Shown piece by piece: positions 47,033 through 56,855 of a DNA stretch of 64,000 bases. The stretch's first letter is position 1, and each line of letters begins with the position of its first letter. The stretch comes from Candidatus Omnitrophota bacterium. GTDB lineage: Bacteria; Omnitrophota; Gorgyraeia; Aquiviventales; Aquiviventaceae. The stretch is taken from the NCBI GenBank assembly GCA_023247255.1, contig JAHFGV010000010.1, positions 2,830 to 66,829 on the forward strand. The letters run 5' to 3'. The position numbers were made by a program, and so were the translations under genes. Below the pieces are notes generated by a model. It did no database searches, was not told the DNA's origin, and saw nothing but the letters and a program-made list of their open reading frames with translations.

Positions 47033-47497
47033 ATGAAGGGTTTATCCTGGTCGAATATGCAATACACGATGAAGATAATGTTGCAAGGAGCCGGTTGTTT
47101 CTGGATTCCAGATATTGTCTTACATGCTCTCACCAGAGGAAGTTTCTCGGGCATACACGTGCTTATTATCTCAATTCTTCTGCCAATCTTGTGTATAGGA
47201 TGGCTGCTCTTTTACTGTCGTTGGAAGGATACCGCCGCGACTCCGATACGACTGGCTCTAGCAGCCGTCCTCGGCATTTGGTTTTTAGGTCCGCTGGCAA
47301 CGACAATTAGCTCAACGTTTTCGGGAGGTGGTTTTAGTCGATCCGTGGGGACATCTCTTGGTCTGGTCGGTATTGGAACAATCCTGTTCCCTCTATATAC
47401 GTTTATGATGTCGACTTACGATGGCACGCTGGGAGCGCTGGCTATTGTAACTATTAGTCTTCCTGTAGTCGGTGTATTTTCCTCAAGAAAAAGATGA
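47033..47497 (+). CDS. Hypothetical membrane protein (4 TM) in a low-GC patch
   Basis: Four hydrophobic segments. Local GC ~45% versus ~59% background. Confidence 0.4.
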   Translation: MKGLSWSNMQYTMKIMLQGAGCFWIPDIVLHALTRGSFSGIHVLIISILLPILCIGWLLFYCRWKDTAATPIRLALAAVLGIWFLGPLATTISSTFSGGGFSRSVGTSLGLVGIGTILFPLYTFMMSTYDGTLGALAIVTISLPVVGVFSSRKR

Positions 47498-47586
47498 ACA
47501 AGCATATCTACGTCCAAACTTCAGCTGACTATTAAACGTGCGGGATTCGAAGGAGAGATCGAGACGGTTGGTGGAATGGGTGACTC

Positions 47587-48123
47587 ATGAACATTGAGGA
47601 AGCGTGGGATAAGGCGCGTCAGCAGACGGAGATTGTGCGGGTGCGCTTGCAGGATCTGGCCACCTTTGAGGCGACGGTGGTGCCGTACATCTTTCTTGCC
47701 GAGTCTTCACTCCATGCAGGCGACACCGTGATCCGTAAAGGCCAGGTGATGATCGAAAAACCGGCCATCCTCTTGCCGGGGCTATCGCCCCACTTTGAGG
47801 GTTTTGAATTTGCACAGGATTTGCATCTGAGTGAAGAGAGTGTGATGACGTTCCTGCTGATGCGCGGGGTGCAGTTTCCATCTATGAAGTACAAGCATCA
47901 ACTTTCCTCGCTCGATCTGATCGAAGGCTCGCTGCAACAGGCCCTGGGTCAGGTGGAAGACCAGTTGAAGCGCTCTGAGGATATCAGCACAGGCCTGGTG
48001 GTGGGTCCCGAGGAAGCCTGGCAGTTTTCCATCCTCCTTTTGGTTGGGGCATTAGTGGTGCGTTCGGCCGAAGGGGATCTCAGACGGATTCTGGAAGCGT
48101 GGCGTAAGCGCCAGCGATCTTAG
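47587..48123 (+). CDS. Hypothetical protein
   Basis: 178-aa ORF directly upstream of folC. No recognised domain. Confidence 0.4.
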   Translation: MNIEEAWDKARQQTEIVRVRLQDLATFEATVVPYIFLAESSLHAGDTVIRKGQVMIEKPAILLPGLSPHFEGFEFAQDLHLSEESVMTFLLMRGVQFPSMKYKHQLSSLDLIEGSLQQALGQVEDQLKRSEDISTGLVVGPEEAWQFSILLLVGALVVRSAEGDLRRILEAWRKRQRS

Positions 48124-48150
48124 AAAAATACAAAGGGAGGCGGATGACGC

Positions 48151-49590
48151 ATGACGTATGAGCAAGCCGTAGCTTATTTGGATGCGTTGACTAATTATGA
48201 GCGGCACCATGACAGCGAAGCGATGCGCGCGGTTCGGCTGGAACGGATGCAGGATTTGTGCCGGCTCTTAGGAGATCCCCAACGCCGTTTCCGATCCGTT
48301 CTGATTGCAGGAACCAACGGCAAAGGGTCCATAGCCGCCATGCTTTACTCCATGCTCCGGCAGAGCTCGCTTCGTGTCGGACTCTACACGTCACCCCACC
48401 TCGAAGATTTGCGTGAGCGGATTCGGGTTTGGGAAAGACCCGCTCTCTCGGCTGCTGTGTCGGTGCGACCTGTTTTCGGCAATGATTGGATCAGCGAGCA
48501 GGATTTTGCCTCAATGATGGAGGAGATTCGCACAGCGGTTGAAACGATGTCCAGCCGTTCGACGGAGAATCGCCCCACTTATTTCGAGGTCCTCACGGCT
48601 TGTGCATTTCTATACTTCAGCCGGCGCCAGGTTTCAGTGGCCGTGCTTGAAGTCGGCATGGGAGGACGCTTAGATGCCACGAATGTCGTGGAACAAGCCA
48701 TATCCCTGATCGGTCCCATTGACGTTGACCATGCCGACGTCTTAGGAACCGATCGGGATACCATCGCCCAGCAAAAGGCGGGGATTATCAAACCCAATCA
48801 AACGGTCATCACCTCGCCCCAAGATGAATCCGTGCTCCAGGTTCTTCGCCACTCTTGTGAGTCCCACGGGGTTGCCCTGTTTGTCTGCGGCAAGGATCTG
48901 AACGTGGAAATCGAAAACCATAGTCCTCAAGGGTTGGAGGTAGCCATCTTGGGCATCCGTGGGCTGTATCCGGGAATTCACATTCCACTGATCGGACGTC
49001 ATCAGGCGCAGAACGCGGCTGTGGCGGTGGCGGCTCTGGAAGGGCTTTCGAGTTTGGGAATCCCCCATTCGATGGTCGAGCGGGGCCTGGCAACAGTCTA
49101 CTGGCCGGGGAGGCTAGAGCAGGTTCATCATAGACCGCTCGTGTTGATGGATGGTGCGCACAATTCTCATGCCGCCCGAGCGTTAGGGAAAACGCTGACC
49201 GAGCTGTGGAAAGGTAGGCGCATCCATTTACTGTTGGGGCTTTCTTCGGACAAAACCGTCAACGCTATCGGTGAGTTGCTGGGTCGTCTAGCGGTGAGTG
49301 TGACATGTACTCAGAGTGATCATCCGCGAGCGATGGCTGCGCCGGTGCTCGCCGAGCATCTGACGCCCTTCTGTCAGGATGTCAGCGTGATGGCTAATCC
49401 GATAGACGCCTACACCTATCTTTTGAACGCCCTCGAACCCACCGACATGATCGTGGTGACTGGATCGTTCTTTCTCATCGGGCAGCTTCGGGCATCGCTC
49501 AGACACGCCCAGAACATTTCGCCCTGGGTCGCTGCTACGGATACGGGTGCCGAGCGGTCCTCGATGCACAACACTCCCGTCTTTCCTTGA
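48151..49590 (+). CDS. folC: Bifunctional folylpolyglutamate synthase / dihydrofolate synthase FolC
   Basis: Mur-ligase P-loop IAGTNGKGS. FolC architecture. Confidence 0.85.
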   Translation: MTYEQAVAYLDALTNYERHHDSEAMRAVRLERMQDLCRLLGDPQRRFRSVLIAGTNGKGSIAAMLYSMLRQSSLRVGLYTSPHLEDLRERIRVWERPALSAAVSVRPVFGNDWISEQDFASMMEEIRTAVETMSSRSTENRPTYFEVLTACAFLYFSRRQVSVAVLEVGMGGRLDATNVVEQAISLIGPIDVDHADVLGTDRDTIAQQKAGIIKPNQTVITSPQDESVLQVLRHSCESHGVALFVCGKDLNVEIENHSPQGLEVAILGIRGLYPGIHIPLIGRHQAQNAAVAVAALEGLSSLGIPHSMVERGLATVYWPGRLEQVHHRPLVLMDGAHNSHAARALGKTLTELWKGRRIHLLLGLSSDKTVNAIGELLGRLAVSVTCTQSDHPRAMAAPVLAEHLTPFCQDVSVMANPIDAYTYLLNALEPTDMIVVTGSFFLIGQLRASLRHAQNISPWVAATDTGAERSSMHNTPVFP

Positions 49591-49648
49591 GCGGGTTGGA
49601 ATCGAGCGCACAGGATGATAGCGGGTAGGCGTATGGGGGAGGTCGGGC

Positions 49649-49867
49649 ATGCCATTTATAACCGTGGAGTGGTTGGCAGGACGCAGTGAAGTTCAGAAAC
49701 GACGAATCGCTGAGGTCTTGACCCAGGCTTTCGTCGACATTGCTCAGGTCTCCCGGGATCAGGTCTGGATCGTTTTCCGGGATGTTGCCAAATCCGATTG
49801 GGCTATGGCTGGTCAATTACTGGGACAAAAGACGAGGGACAGGAGAGAAGAAAAGAAAACAGCATAA
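49649..49867 (+). CDS. 4-oxalocrotonate tautomerase-family protein
   Basis: N-terminal Pro1 (MPFITVEW), 72 aa, tautomerase-family layout. Confidence 0.65.
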   Translation: MPFITVEWLAGRSEVQKRRIAEVLTQAFVDIAQVSRDQVWIVFRDVAKSDWAMAGQLLGQKTRDRREEKKTA

Positions 49868-49961
49868 ACAGGGTTCGGGACTATCGGGAAATAGCGATTA
49901 CTCGCAGCTTGCAGCAATCCATCGGAACACTGACATCCGAGCCCATGTCAGGTCTCTCATC

Positions 49962-50810
49962 TTATTGCGGTGTGTTTAGGTAGTCGATATAGTCGGCGAC
50001 GCCGAAGAGTTCTTCTTTGACTGCGACGATTCGTTCCGGCACGAAAGGATGTGTCAGGGCATAATGAGGCCTAACCATGCCTCGGGGCAGGTAGTGGGGT
50101 TCTTCCCGATTCAGGTCGTGGAGTTTTTCCAAAAACGCAAGCATAGCTGTGGGATCGAATCCCGCAGCTTTCATATACCGAACCCCCAGTCGGTCAGCTT
50201 CTAGTTCCTCCTCCCGCGCATAGGCCAACCGAGTGGCCTGCAGGGCGATGCTGGTTCCCTGAAGGACCTGGGGCTGTCGTATCGCTAAGCTTGCCAATTG
50301 CACCAACTGCATTCCCAATCCGCTTTCGTAGCGTTTGACCGCATGACGGGCGGTGATATGCGCAATCTCATGCGCGATCACGCCGGCCAACTCATCGTCA
50401 TTGTCGGTATGTTGGATCAGCGCATCATGGATGAACACATATCCTCCAGGCAAGGAGAAGGCGTTGACCTGTTCAGCCTTCACCACCGCAAATTGATAGA
50501 CCAGCTCTTTCCGATCGCAGACAGCCACCAGACGCTGGCCGATCGTTCGCACCTTTTCCTGCAACGTTTCATCGGTGACCAGTGGCGTTTCATCGAGAAT
50601 ACGCTGAGCCAGGTTACGTCCCATGCTTACTTCCTTGGAAGTGGAGGTGATGGTGTAGTCTTGGGTGTGGGTAGCCGGATTGAAGTGTGTTTGAACGCAG
50701 CCAGTGAGCCAGAGGGTGGTGTATCCCAATCCAGGGAGGATGAGCGAGAGACCTATCCGGTTCATACCGGGTGAGAAATTACGGCAGGCCCCTCTTGAGC
50801 ATGCGCTCAA
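49962..50810 (-). CDS. M48-family zinc metallopeptidase (probable lipoprotein)
   Basis: HEIAHITARH (HExxH). Lipobox LWLTGC. The start is probably the internal MNRIG (50765). Confidence 0.75.
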   Translation of the reverse strand: MSACSRGACRNFSPGMNRIGLSLILPGLGYTTLWLTGCVQTHFNPATHTQDYTITSTSKEVSMGRNLAQRILDETPLVTDETLQEKVRTIGQRLVAVCDRKELVYQFAVVKAEQVNAFSLPGGYVFIHDALIQHTDNDDELAGVIAHEIAHITARHAVKRYESGLGMQLVQLASLAIRQPQVLQGTSIALQATRLAYAREEELEADRLGVRYMKAAGFDPTAMLAFLEKLHDLNREEPHYLPRGMVRPHYALTHPFVPERIVAVKEELFGVADYIDYLNTPQ

Positions 50811-51255
50811 GGGCTGGACCCATGACTGTCAATAAGAAGATGGAAATCAAGGCGATGATAATGACGAAGAGACTCCAGATGATCTTTGCCGTCTTGGAAA
50901 ACCGCGGGCTCTGCCATAACAAGGGCAGGGCCATGGGGCCTACGGTAATCAACAGGACGATGACATACCAGGCTCGATCCCCCGACAGCAGGGGTCGGGC
51001 GACACCGGCCGTCTGCTGATAGGCGTCCACAATAGCAGAAACCCACACCACGACATACACGACACCCAGCATGATCACGCTTAACAGCGAACGGAACATT
51101 GAAGGGCCGAAGAGGGCCATGCCGATTCCCCATGCAATTCCGACGCTGATGCACAACAAGGCAATTCCCTTGGCCCGGTCGCCTTGATAAAACTGTCCCA
51201 GGCCGGGCAATAACGACGAGAGAATCGCAGCGAGAATCGGTGAGCGCTGGCTCAT
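50779..51255 (-). CDS. Hypothetical integral membrane protein
   Basis: Four TM segments. Overlaps neighbours by a few codons (operon with the AI-2E transporter). Confidence 0.45.
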   Translation of the reverse strand: MSQRSPILAAILSSLLPGLGQFYQGDRAKGIALLCISVGIAWGIGMALFGPSMFRSLLSVIMLGVVYVVVWVSAIVDAYQQTAGVARPLLSGDRAWYVIVLLITVGPMALPLLWQSPRFSKTAKIIWSLFVIIIALISIFLLTVMGPALERMLKRGLP

Positions 51256-52325
51256 GAAGAAAGATACTCCTCACGGTAGATCCTTGCCAAAGCGAAGAAA
51301 AGAGACAACAGGGTGGGTGCCAGCACAATACCCATCAGGCCATAGACCCTTAGGCCGCCCAGGATTCCGAAGAACAGAAGCAGATAAGGAAGCTTGGTCT
51401 TTTCACCGATTAAAAGAGGTTTTAATAGATTATCGAGCAGACTGATCCCGAATGTTCCAGCGACCAACAACACGATTGCTTTATTCCATTGCTGGCTGGT
51501 AGCTAGGTAAACGACCACCGGCATCCAAATACATGCCGCCCCAGCAACCGGTATCAGCGTCGCTAAGAATGTGGCAGCAGCTAAAAGCATGGGGATCGGA
51601 ATACCCAGAACCCAGAAGATCAGTCCCGCCAAGACGGCTTGCGCCAGGCTTGTCAACAACTGACCGCGGATGACTGCTGAGAGCGTATCGTTGATTTGCT
51701 TGAACATGATCTTCTTGTTGCGTTCCTCCAAAGGCACCAAGTGGTAGATAAAACGATAGATTGCTTCGCCGTGTCTTAAGAACGCGAAAACCAAAAACAT
51801 CGTCAGGGACGCATTCAAGATGACAAACAGCACATTCTTTGTGATGGTCAACGCTTGCTCTTTAGCCAGATTCCCAATCGCCCGGGAGGTGTCCAGAAGC
51901 CAACCTGCGAGTTGTTCCTTAAACGTACCGCTGTGTAACAGGTGCGTTTCGATAAAGTGTATTATAGGAAGCGTTCGAATGCGTTGCACGATTGGTTCCA
52001 ATTGTCCTTGTTGAATGGTGGTCGAAACCGATTCATACAGCTCAACCGCTTGGAGGGCTACTTTGGAAAACATGATCATCAGCGGTGGTACCACAACCAA
52101 TACGATCAGGATAGTCGTGGCCAAGGCAGCGACCGTTGGGTAGTTTACCCAACGCCGCAGGTCGGTGTAGAGAGGATAAAATCCAAATGCCAGAATGGCT
52201 GACCAGAAAATCGCTTGGATAAAGGGTGAGAAAATGAGAAAGACTTGAGAGATGACAAACACTAAAAGGGCGATGAAGAACCAAAAGACGAGCTTATGAC
52301 GGGTCATGATAAAGCTTGTGAGCAC
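51252..52325 (-). CDS. AI-2E family transporter (UPF0118/PerM-like)
   Basis: 357 aa with 8 TM. Conserved central loop and C-terminal GIVLAPTLLS. Confidence 0.7.
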   Translation of the reverse strand: MLTSFIMTRHKLVFWFFIALLVFVISQVFLIFSPFIQAIFWSAILAFGFYPLYTDLRRWVNYPTVAALATTILIVLVVVPPLMIMFSKVALQAVELYESVSTTIQQGQLEPIVQRIRTLPIIHFIETHLLHSGTFKEQLAGWLLDTSRAIGNLAKEQALTITKNVLFVILNASLTMFLVFAFLRHGEAIYRFIYHLVPLEERNKKIMFKQINDTLSAVIRGQLLTSLAQAVLAGLIFWVLGIPIPMLLAAATFLATLIPVAGAACIWMPVVVYLATSQQWNKAIVLLVAGTFGISLLDNLLKPLLIGEKTKLPYLLLFFGILGGLRVYGLMGIVLAPTLLSLFFALARIYREEYLSS

Positions 52326-52499
52326 ACCGGTTGTGGGGACGTAAGCTGTGTCCGTCTTAAGAGGCGTGCGATGGTATTAGTGTATCAAGTTCTCTGGGTT
52401 TGAAAAGGGTAAATTCCTAAAAAACGGCTAACTCGCCGTTTTTTAGGATAGGTCTCGAAGAGAGATGTGGAGAGGCAAGTTGCAAATCGGGTCAGATGA

Positions 52500-52608
52500 G
52501 CGGTCGGACCTTGCATGGCCAAAGGGTTCCTTTTGCTTTCCATGACTCATGACACATGAAACATGACACAACACTCGGTCGACGCGTTGGCTATTTTTGA
52601 AAAAGCCC
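52500..52608. repeat. Composite palindromic repeat, copy 4 (half of module B + module A-rev), immediately upstream of trxB
   Basis: GGCCAAAGGGTTCCTTTTGCTTTCCATGACTCATGACACATGAAACATGACACAACACTCGGTCGACGCGTTGGCTATTTTTGAAAAAGCCCAGTT. Confidence 0.65.
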
Positions 52609-53577
52609 AGTTGTAAGGAGGATGTTTCTATGTCAGAACAGGTAGTCATCATCGGTTCCGGTCCGGCTGGGCACACAGCGGCGATTTATACCGCTCGAGC
52701 GAACTTGCAACCGGTTCTATTTGAAGGATTCAGCGTTGGCGGGATTCCAGGGGGACAGCTCATGACGACAACGGATGTGGAAAATTACCCTGGTTTTCCT
52801 CAAGGTGTCCAAGGGCCCGTTTTGATGGAGGCTTTCCGAGCACAATCCGTTCGGTTTGGCACACGCCTCTTGAACGAAGACGTTACTCATGTCGAGCTTG
52901 CCAGCCGTCCTTTTCAGGTCGCTTCGGCACAGCATCAACTGAAAACCAACAGCCTCATCATTGCAACCGGAGCCACTGCCAAGCGACTGGAACTTCCCAG
53001 TGAAAATCGACTCTGGAATAGAGGAATCTCCGCTTGTGCCGTGTGTGATGGAGCGCTTCCCATCTTTCGAGGCAAGGAGTTAGTTGTGGTGGGAGGGGGA
53101 GACTCTGCCGCTGAAGAATCGACCTACCTGACCAAGTTTGCTGCGAAGGTTTATCTCATCCACCGTCGGGATCAATTGCGTGCGTCCCGGATTATGCAAC
53201 AGCGGGTGCTTCATAATCCTAAGATTGGCGTTCTGTGGAATACCGTTGTGGAAGACGTGGTGGGGGAGGAGCTCGTGCGTGGTGTGCGTTTGCGTGATGT
53301 GAAGACGAATCAAATCCGGGAACTTCCTTGCGGAGGGCTTTTCTACGCCATTGGATTCACCCCGAATACCGCTTTGTTCAAAGGACAACTGGAGCTGGAT
53401 GCGGCCGGCTACCTTGTGACACAGCCGGGTTCCACCCACACTTCTGTACCTGGCGTTTTTGCCTGCGGGGATGTCCAGGACAAGCGCTATCGACAGGCTA
53501 TCACTGCGGCAGGAAGCGGTTGTATGGCTGCGATGGACTGCGAGCGCTGGCTCACCGAGCAGGATCGTGTAGTGTAG
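52597..53577 (+). CDS. trxB: Thioredoxin-disulfide reductase TrxB
   Basis: FAD motif [10 protein letters not shown]. Redox-active CAVCDG. NADPH motif [11 protein letters not shown]. An alternative start at the internal MSEQ (52630) is likely. Confidence 0.85.
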   Translation: MKKPSCKEDVSMSEQVVIIGSGPAGHTAAIYTARANLQPVLFEGFSVGGIPGGQLMTTTDVENYPGFPQGVQGPVLMEAFRAQSVRFGTRLLNEDVTHVELASRPFQVASAQHQLKTNSLIIATGATAKRLELPSENRLWNRGISACAVCDGALPIFRGKELVVVGGGDSAAEESTYLTKFAAKVYLIHRRDQLRASRIMQQRVLHNPKIGVLWNTVVEDVVGEELVRGVRLRDVKTNQIRELPCGGLFYAIGFTPNTALFKGQLELDAAGYLVTQPGSTHTSVPGVFACGDVQDKRYRQAITAAGSGCMAAMDCERWLTEQDRVV

Positions 53578-53671
53578 ATTGGAAATCACGTAATTTTTTG
53601 GTATCGACTTTGTTGAATAGGAAAACGCATCGCAGCTTGACGCAACCAGGGATCCTGTGACGTAAGGGACT

Positions 53672-54049
53672 CTAGAACCGATGTTCGGATTGGGAGAGAA
53701 CCTGCTGGTGGAAAGTCGCCCACCAGTCAAGAAGCCATTGGGCCAGACGGCGGTTCTGGTCAGGCCACAACGGTCTTTCTAGATTGTCGGATTCTACTGC
53801 CCAGAGATAATCCGTAAGATCCTCCACACTACAGCCGTGACTGAGCATGTGATAGACGTCTGTAGCATAGCGGTTGGCTTCCTCACAGACAAAGGGCATG
53901 TCGGGCATTTCTTGCATACCAAAAAGGGACTTGTGTTGAAGGAGCACCCGCAGCTCCTTCAGTTGCGTCATCGTCAAGGATTTCGCTTGTTTCTTCCACC
54001 GCTCCATCGCGCACCGCTTCCCCGCACGCTGGGCATTCCTCACTGTCAA
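53672..54049 (-). CDS. Hypothetical protein
   Basis: 125-aa ORF with no recognised domain. Confidence 0.35.
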   Translation of the reverse strand: MTVRNAQRAGKRCAMERWKKQAKSLTMTQLKELRVLLQHKSLFGMQEMPDMPFVCEEANRYATDVYHMLSHGCSVEDLTDYLWAVESDNLERPLWPDQNRRLAQWLLDWWATFHQQVLSQSEHRF

Positions 54050-54321
54050 GTGTACCCGACCCTTCTTTTATTGACAAAAAATCTGTGAAATAGGCATTCC
54101 TTTAAGCAAAATTAAGCGATTCTTGGGCAAGGTGACTGTCACCCATGGGACAGGGATACGTGTTACACCCACAACTGGCGATCGAGGCTGCGGTACTGGA
54201 TGGCTTCCGCGATGTGCTCAGACTGAATGATGTCTGTCGTTTGAATCCAAGACCACGCTCTGTCATTGAAAACGCTTGACTGGGATGGAATCAGTGTTAT
54301 TATTTATAAAAACGTGCCACA

Positions 54322-54741
54322 ATGCCATCCTTGACCCGTTTTGGCGTGTCCTTAGATCGCAAGCTGCTCCAGGCGCTCGATCAGTGGTTGCAGCGCAAAG
54401 GCTGTGCCAGCCGGTCACAAGCGATCGGGGAGCTCATCCGGGGAGCCCTGGTAAAGGAAGAGTGGCGGACGGAACAGGGTATCGTGGTTGGGACCTTGAC
54501 GCTCGTCTACAATCCGACCCATCATGTGCTGAGTCATACCTTGACGAAAACTCAGCATGCACATCACGCTGCCATTATCTCAGCGCAGCACATCCATCTG
54601 GATGAGCATCACTGCCTTGAGGTTATCGTGCTCAAAGGCCAGGTGAGAGAGATTCAGATACTAGCGGATCACCTCCGTTCGTTGAAGGGTGTCAAGCACG
54701 GCCAGTTCATTATGACGACCTCCGGCGCAGCGCTGCCCTAA
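54322..54741 (+). CDS. nikR: Nickel-responsive regulator NikR
   Basis: Ribbon-helix-helix N-terminus (RFGVSLDRKLLQALD) and C-terminal Ni-binding HIHLDEHHCLEVIVLKG. Confidence 0.8.
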   Translation: MPSLTRFGVSLDRKLLQALDQWLQRKGCASRSQAIGELIRGALVKEEWRTEQGIVVGTLTLVYNPTHHVLSHTLTKTQHAHHAAIISAQHIHLDEHHCLEVIVLKGQVREIQILADHLRSLKGVKHGQFIMTTSGAALP

Positions 54742-54883
54742 CCAGGTTTTTCTTTTGGAAATGGGTAACACGAGATAAGAATAAGTAACACGATCCATCC
54801 CCATCGTGCTACGAGGGTCTCGAACCTTGACCCGAGCGTGAAAAAGAAGATTGCGGTAGAACCCACATGGAGACAGCGGATAC

Positions 54884-55594
54884 ATGCACATTCCCGATGG
54901 CTATTTAGGCCCACAGACGTACGGGACGTTGTTCGGCGTTATGATGCCGGTGTGGTCCTGGGCCTCGCGCAAGGTACGGCAGGCCCTGGACGTCGAGCAG
55001 GTGCCGCTGTTGGCTCTTGGCGCTGCGTTCACGTTCGTGATCATGATGTTCAACGTGCCGATTCCCGGAGGCACAACCGGGCATGCGGTTGGCGCCACGC
55101 TCGTGGCAATCGTCTTAGGTCCCTGGGCCGCGGTTCTGGCCGTCTCCATGGCGCTCGTCGTTCAGGCCCTCCTGTTCGCAGACGGCGGCGTGACAGCGAT
55201 CGGCGCGAACTGTTTCACCATGGCCTTCGCCATGCCGGTGGTGGGCTACGGCGTCTATCGGCTGCTTACCGCGGGAGGTTCGGTGACCGTGCGGCGTCGT
55301 AGTATGGCGGCAGCAGTCGCCGGGTATGTCTCGCTGAACGTGGCCGCACTCCTGACGGCAGTCGCGCTGGGACTACAGCCCATACTGGCGCACCGGCTGG
55401 ATGGCGCACCACTCTACTGCCCCTATTCCCTCCACGTCACCGTGCCGGCGATGCTCGCGGGACATCTGCTCGTATTTGGATGGATCGAGGGTATTGTGAC
55501 GGGAATGGTCGTGTCGTCTCTCTTGAAGGTCGATCCCTCACTCTTTGCGGCAAGTCGCAAGAAATTCCTCTCACCACGGAGGAGCGCCTCATGA
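54884..55594 (+). CDS. cbiM: ECF transporter substrate-specific component CbiM/NikM
   Basis: N-terminal MHIPDGYL motif, 6-7 TM. Confidence 0.8.
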   Translation: MHIPDGYLGPQTYGTLFGVMMPVWSWASRKVRQALDVEQVPLLALGAAFTFVIMMFNVPIPGGTTGHAVGATLVAIVLGPWAAVLAVSMALVVQALLFADGGVTAIGANCFTMAFAMPVVGYGVYRLLTAGGSVTVRRRSMAAAVAGYVSLNVAALLTAVALGLQPILAHRLDGAPLYCPYSLHVTVPAMLAGHLLVFGWIEGIVTGMVVSSLLKVDPSLFAASRKKFLSPRRSAS

Positions 55595-55923
55595 AAACCC
55601 CCATGAAGTTCTGGGTTTGCCTGGGGATACTGATCCTTCTGACTCCGCTCGGTTTGTTAGCCAAAGGCACGGCGTGGGGTGAGTGGGCCTCTGAAGAATT
55701 GGCGGCTCAGATCGGCTTCATTCCGGATGGCCTCAAGCGCCTTGAAACATTCTGGGAGGCTACGTTTCCTGGCTATACCGTTTTTGGATGGGGAGAGTCC
55801 TGGCAAGTCAGCGTTGGCTACATCCTCTCAGCGCTCGTGGGGGTGGGGGTGATAGTTTTGCTGACCCTGGCGCTTGGGAAGTGCCTCCTCTCGCGGAAGC
55901 GAAAATCTCACCATGAACCCTGA
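55591..55923 (+). CDS. Small membrane component of the Ni/Co ECF transporter (CbiN/NikL-like)
   Basis: ATGA overlap with the cbiM stop. Two TM segments flank a periplasmic segment (GTAWGEWASEEL...IPDG). Confidence 0.5.
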   Translation: MKTPMKFWVCLGILILLTPLGLLAKGTAWGEWASEELAAQIGFIPDGLKRLETFWEATFPGYTVFGWGESWQVSVGYILSALVGVGVIVLLTLALGKCLLSRKRKSHHEP

Positions 55924-56845
55924 TTGGCTTGTGACATCGTCAGACGCGTGGGCATCCTGTCCATGCTGCCAGGTGAGGACCGGCAGGTCGAATTTCATCT
56001 GCCGCACGCTTGAAGGGTTCAGCGCGTTCTGCCAGGAAACGTTTCGGGCCAAGGATACAGCAATGGCACCGGGCCTCCTCCAAGCCATCGATCCGCGGGT
56101 GAAGCTCCTCACGTTTCTCGGATGGCTCCTATTCACGACCTGGGTTCACAGGTTTGATATCCTTGTGGGTCTCTATAGCTTCACCCTCGCGCTCGCCATG
56201 TTCTCTAGGATTCCACTGACGCGATTCATTCTACGGACCTGGCTGTTTATACCCCTATTCACCGGAATTATGGTCCTTCCGACGCTGTGTAACTTTGTCA
56301 CGCCTGGCGAGCCCATCTGGATGCTCGCACAGTTCGCGCACCCGGTCAGGATCGGTCCTTGGGTTCTTCCTGACGTTATCGCAGTGACTCGGCAGGGGCT
56401 CATGGTTGCCAGCGGTCTTGTGATGCGTGTCGCCACGGCGGTGTCGTGGGTGACCCTCCTCACCTTGACCACCCCAGGGGACCGTTTGCTCCATACGCTC
56501 CAGGTGCTGCGCGTGCCGCAGACGTTTCTCATGGTGCTCGGTCTTATGCACCGGTATCTGCATCGGCTCGTTCGGGAGGCAGAGGAGCTTCACCTGGCCA
56601 TGCAAAGCCGGATCATGTGCACTCCAATGGTCAGGACCGGACAACGGCTCGTCGCCACCCGCGTGGGGGTGCTGCTTCGCAAGTCGTTAGGTCTCTCTCA
56701 AGAAGTGTACCAAGCCATGTGCGCCCGCGGGTATACCGGTGAAGTGCGGCTGCTCCATACCCCCTCCGTTACAGGGACGGATTACGCCTGGCTCGTTGGG
56801 AGCTTCATCCTGCTCGGAGCTGTCATGTGGTTGAGTCAACGATAG
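55913..56845 (+). CDS. cbiQ: ECF transporter transmembrane (T) component CbiQ
   Basis: Conserved start region IDPRVKLLTFLGWLLF (canonical start possibly at ATG 56062) and C-terminal R-x-G-x-x-x-M-x-x-RG-like motif (MQSRIMCT...ARGY). Confidence 0.65.
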   Translation: MNPDWLVTSSDAWASCPCCQVRTGRSNFICRTLEGFSAFCQETFRAKDTAMAPGLLQAIDPRVKLLTFLGWLLFTTWVHRFDILVGLYSFTLALAMFSRIPLTRFILRTWLFIPLFTGIMVLPTLCNFVTPGEPIWMLAQFAHPVRIGPWVLPDVIAVTRQGLMVASGLVMRVATAVSWVTLLTLTTPGDRLLHTLQVLRVPQTFLMVLGLMHRYLHRLVREAEELHLAMQSRIMCTPMVRTGQRLVATRVGVLLRKSLGLSQEVYQAMCARGYTGEVRLLHTPSVTGTDYAWLVGSFILLGAVMWLSQR

Positions 56846-56855
56846 AGATCCCAGT

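Noticed and set aside
54838-55302. 154-aa Arg/Gly-rich ORF overlapping the start of cbiM in another frame
   Set aside because: cbiM in the +1 frame has the diagnostic MHIPDGYL start and TM profile. The alternative is a GC-skew artefact.
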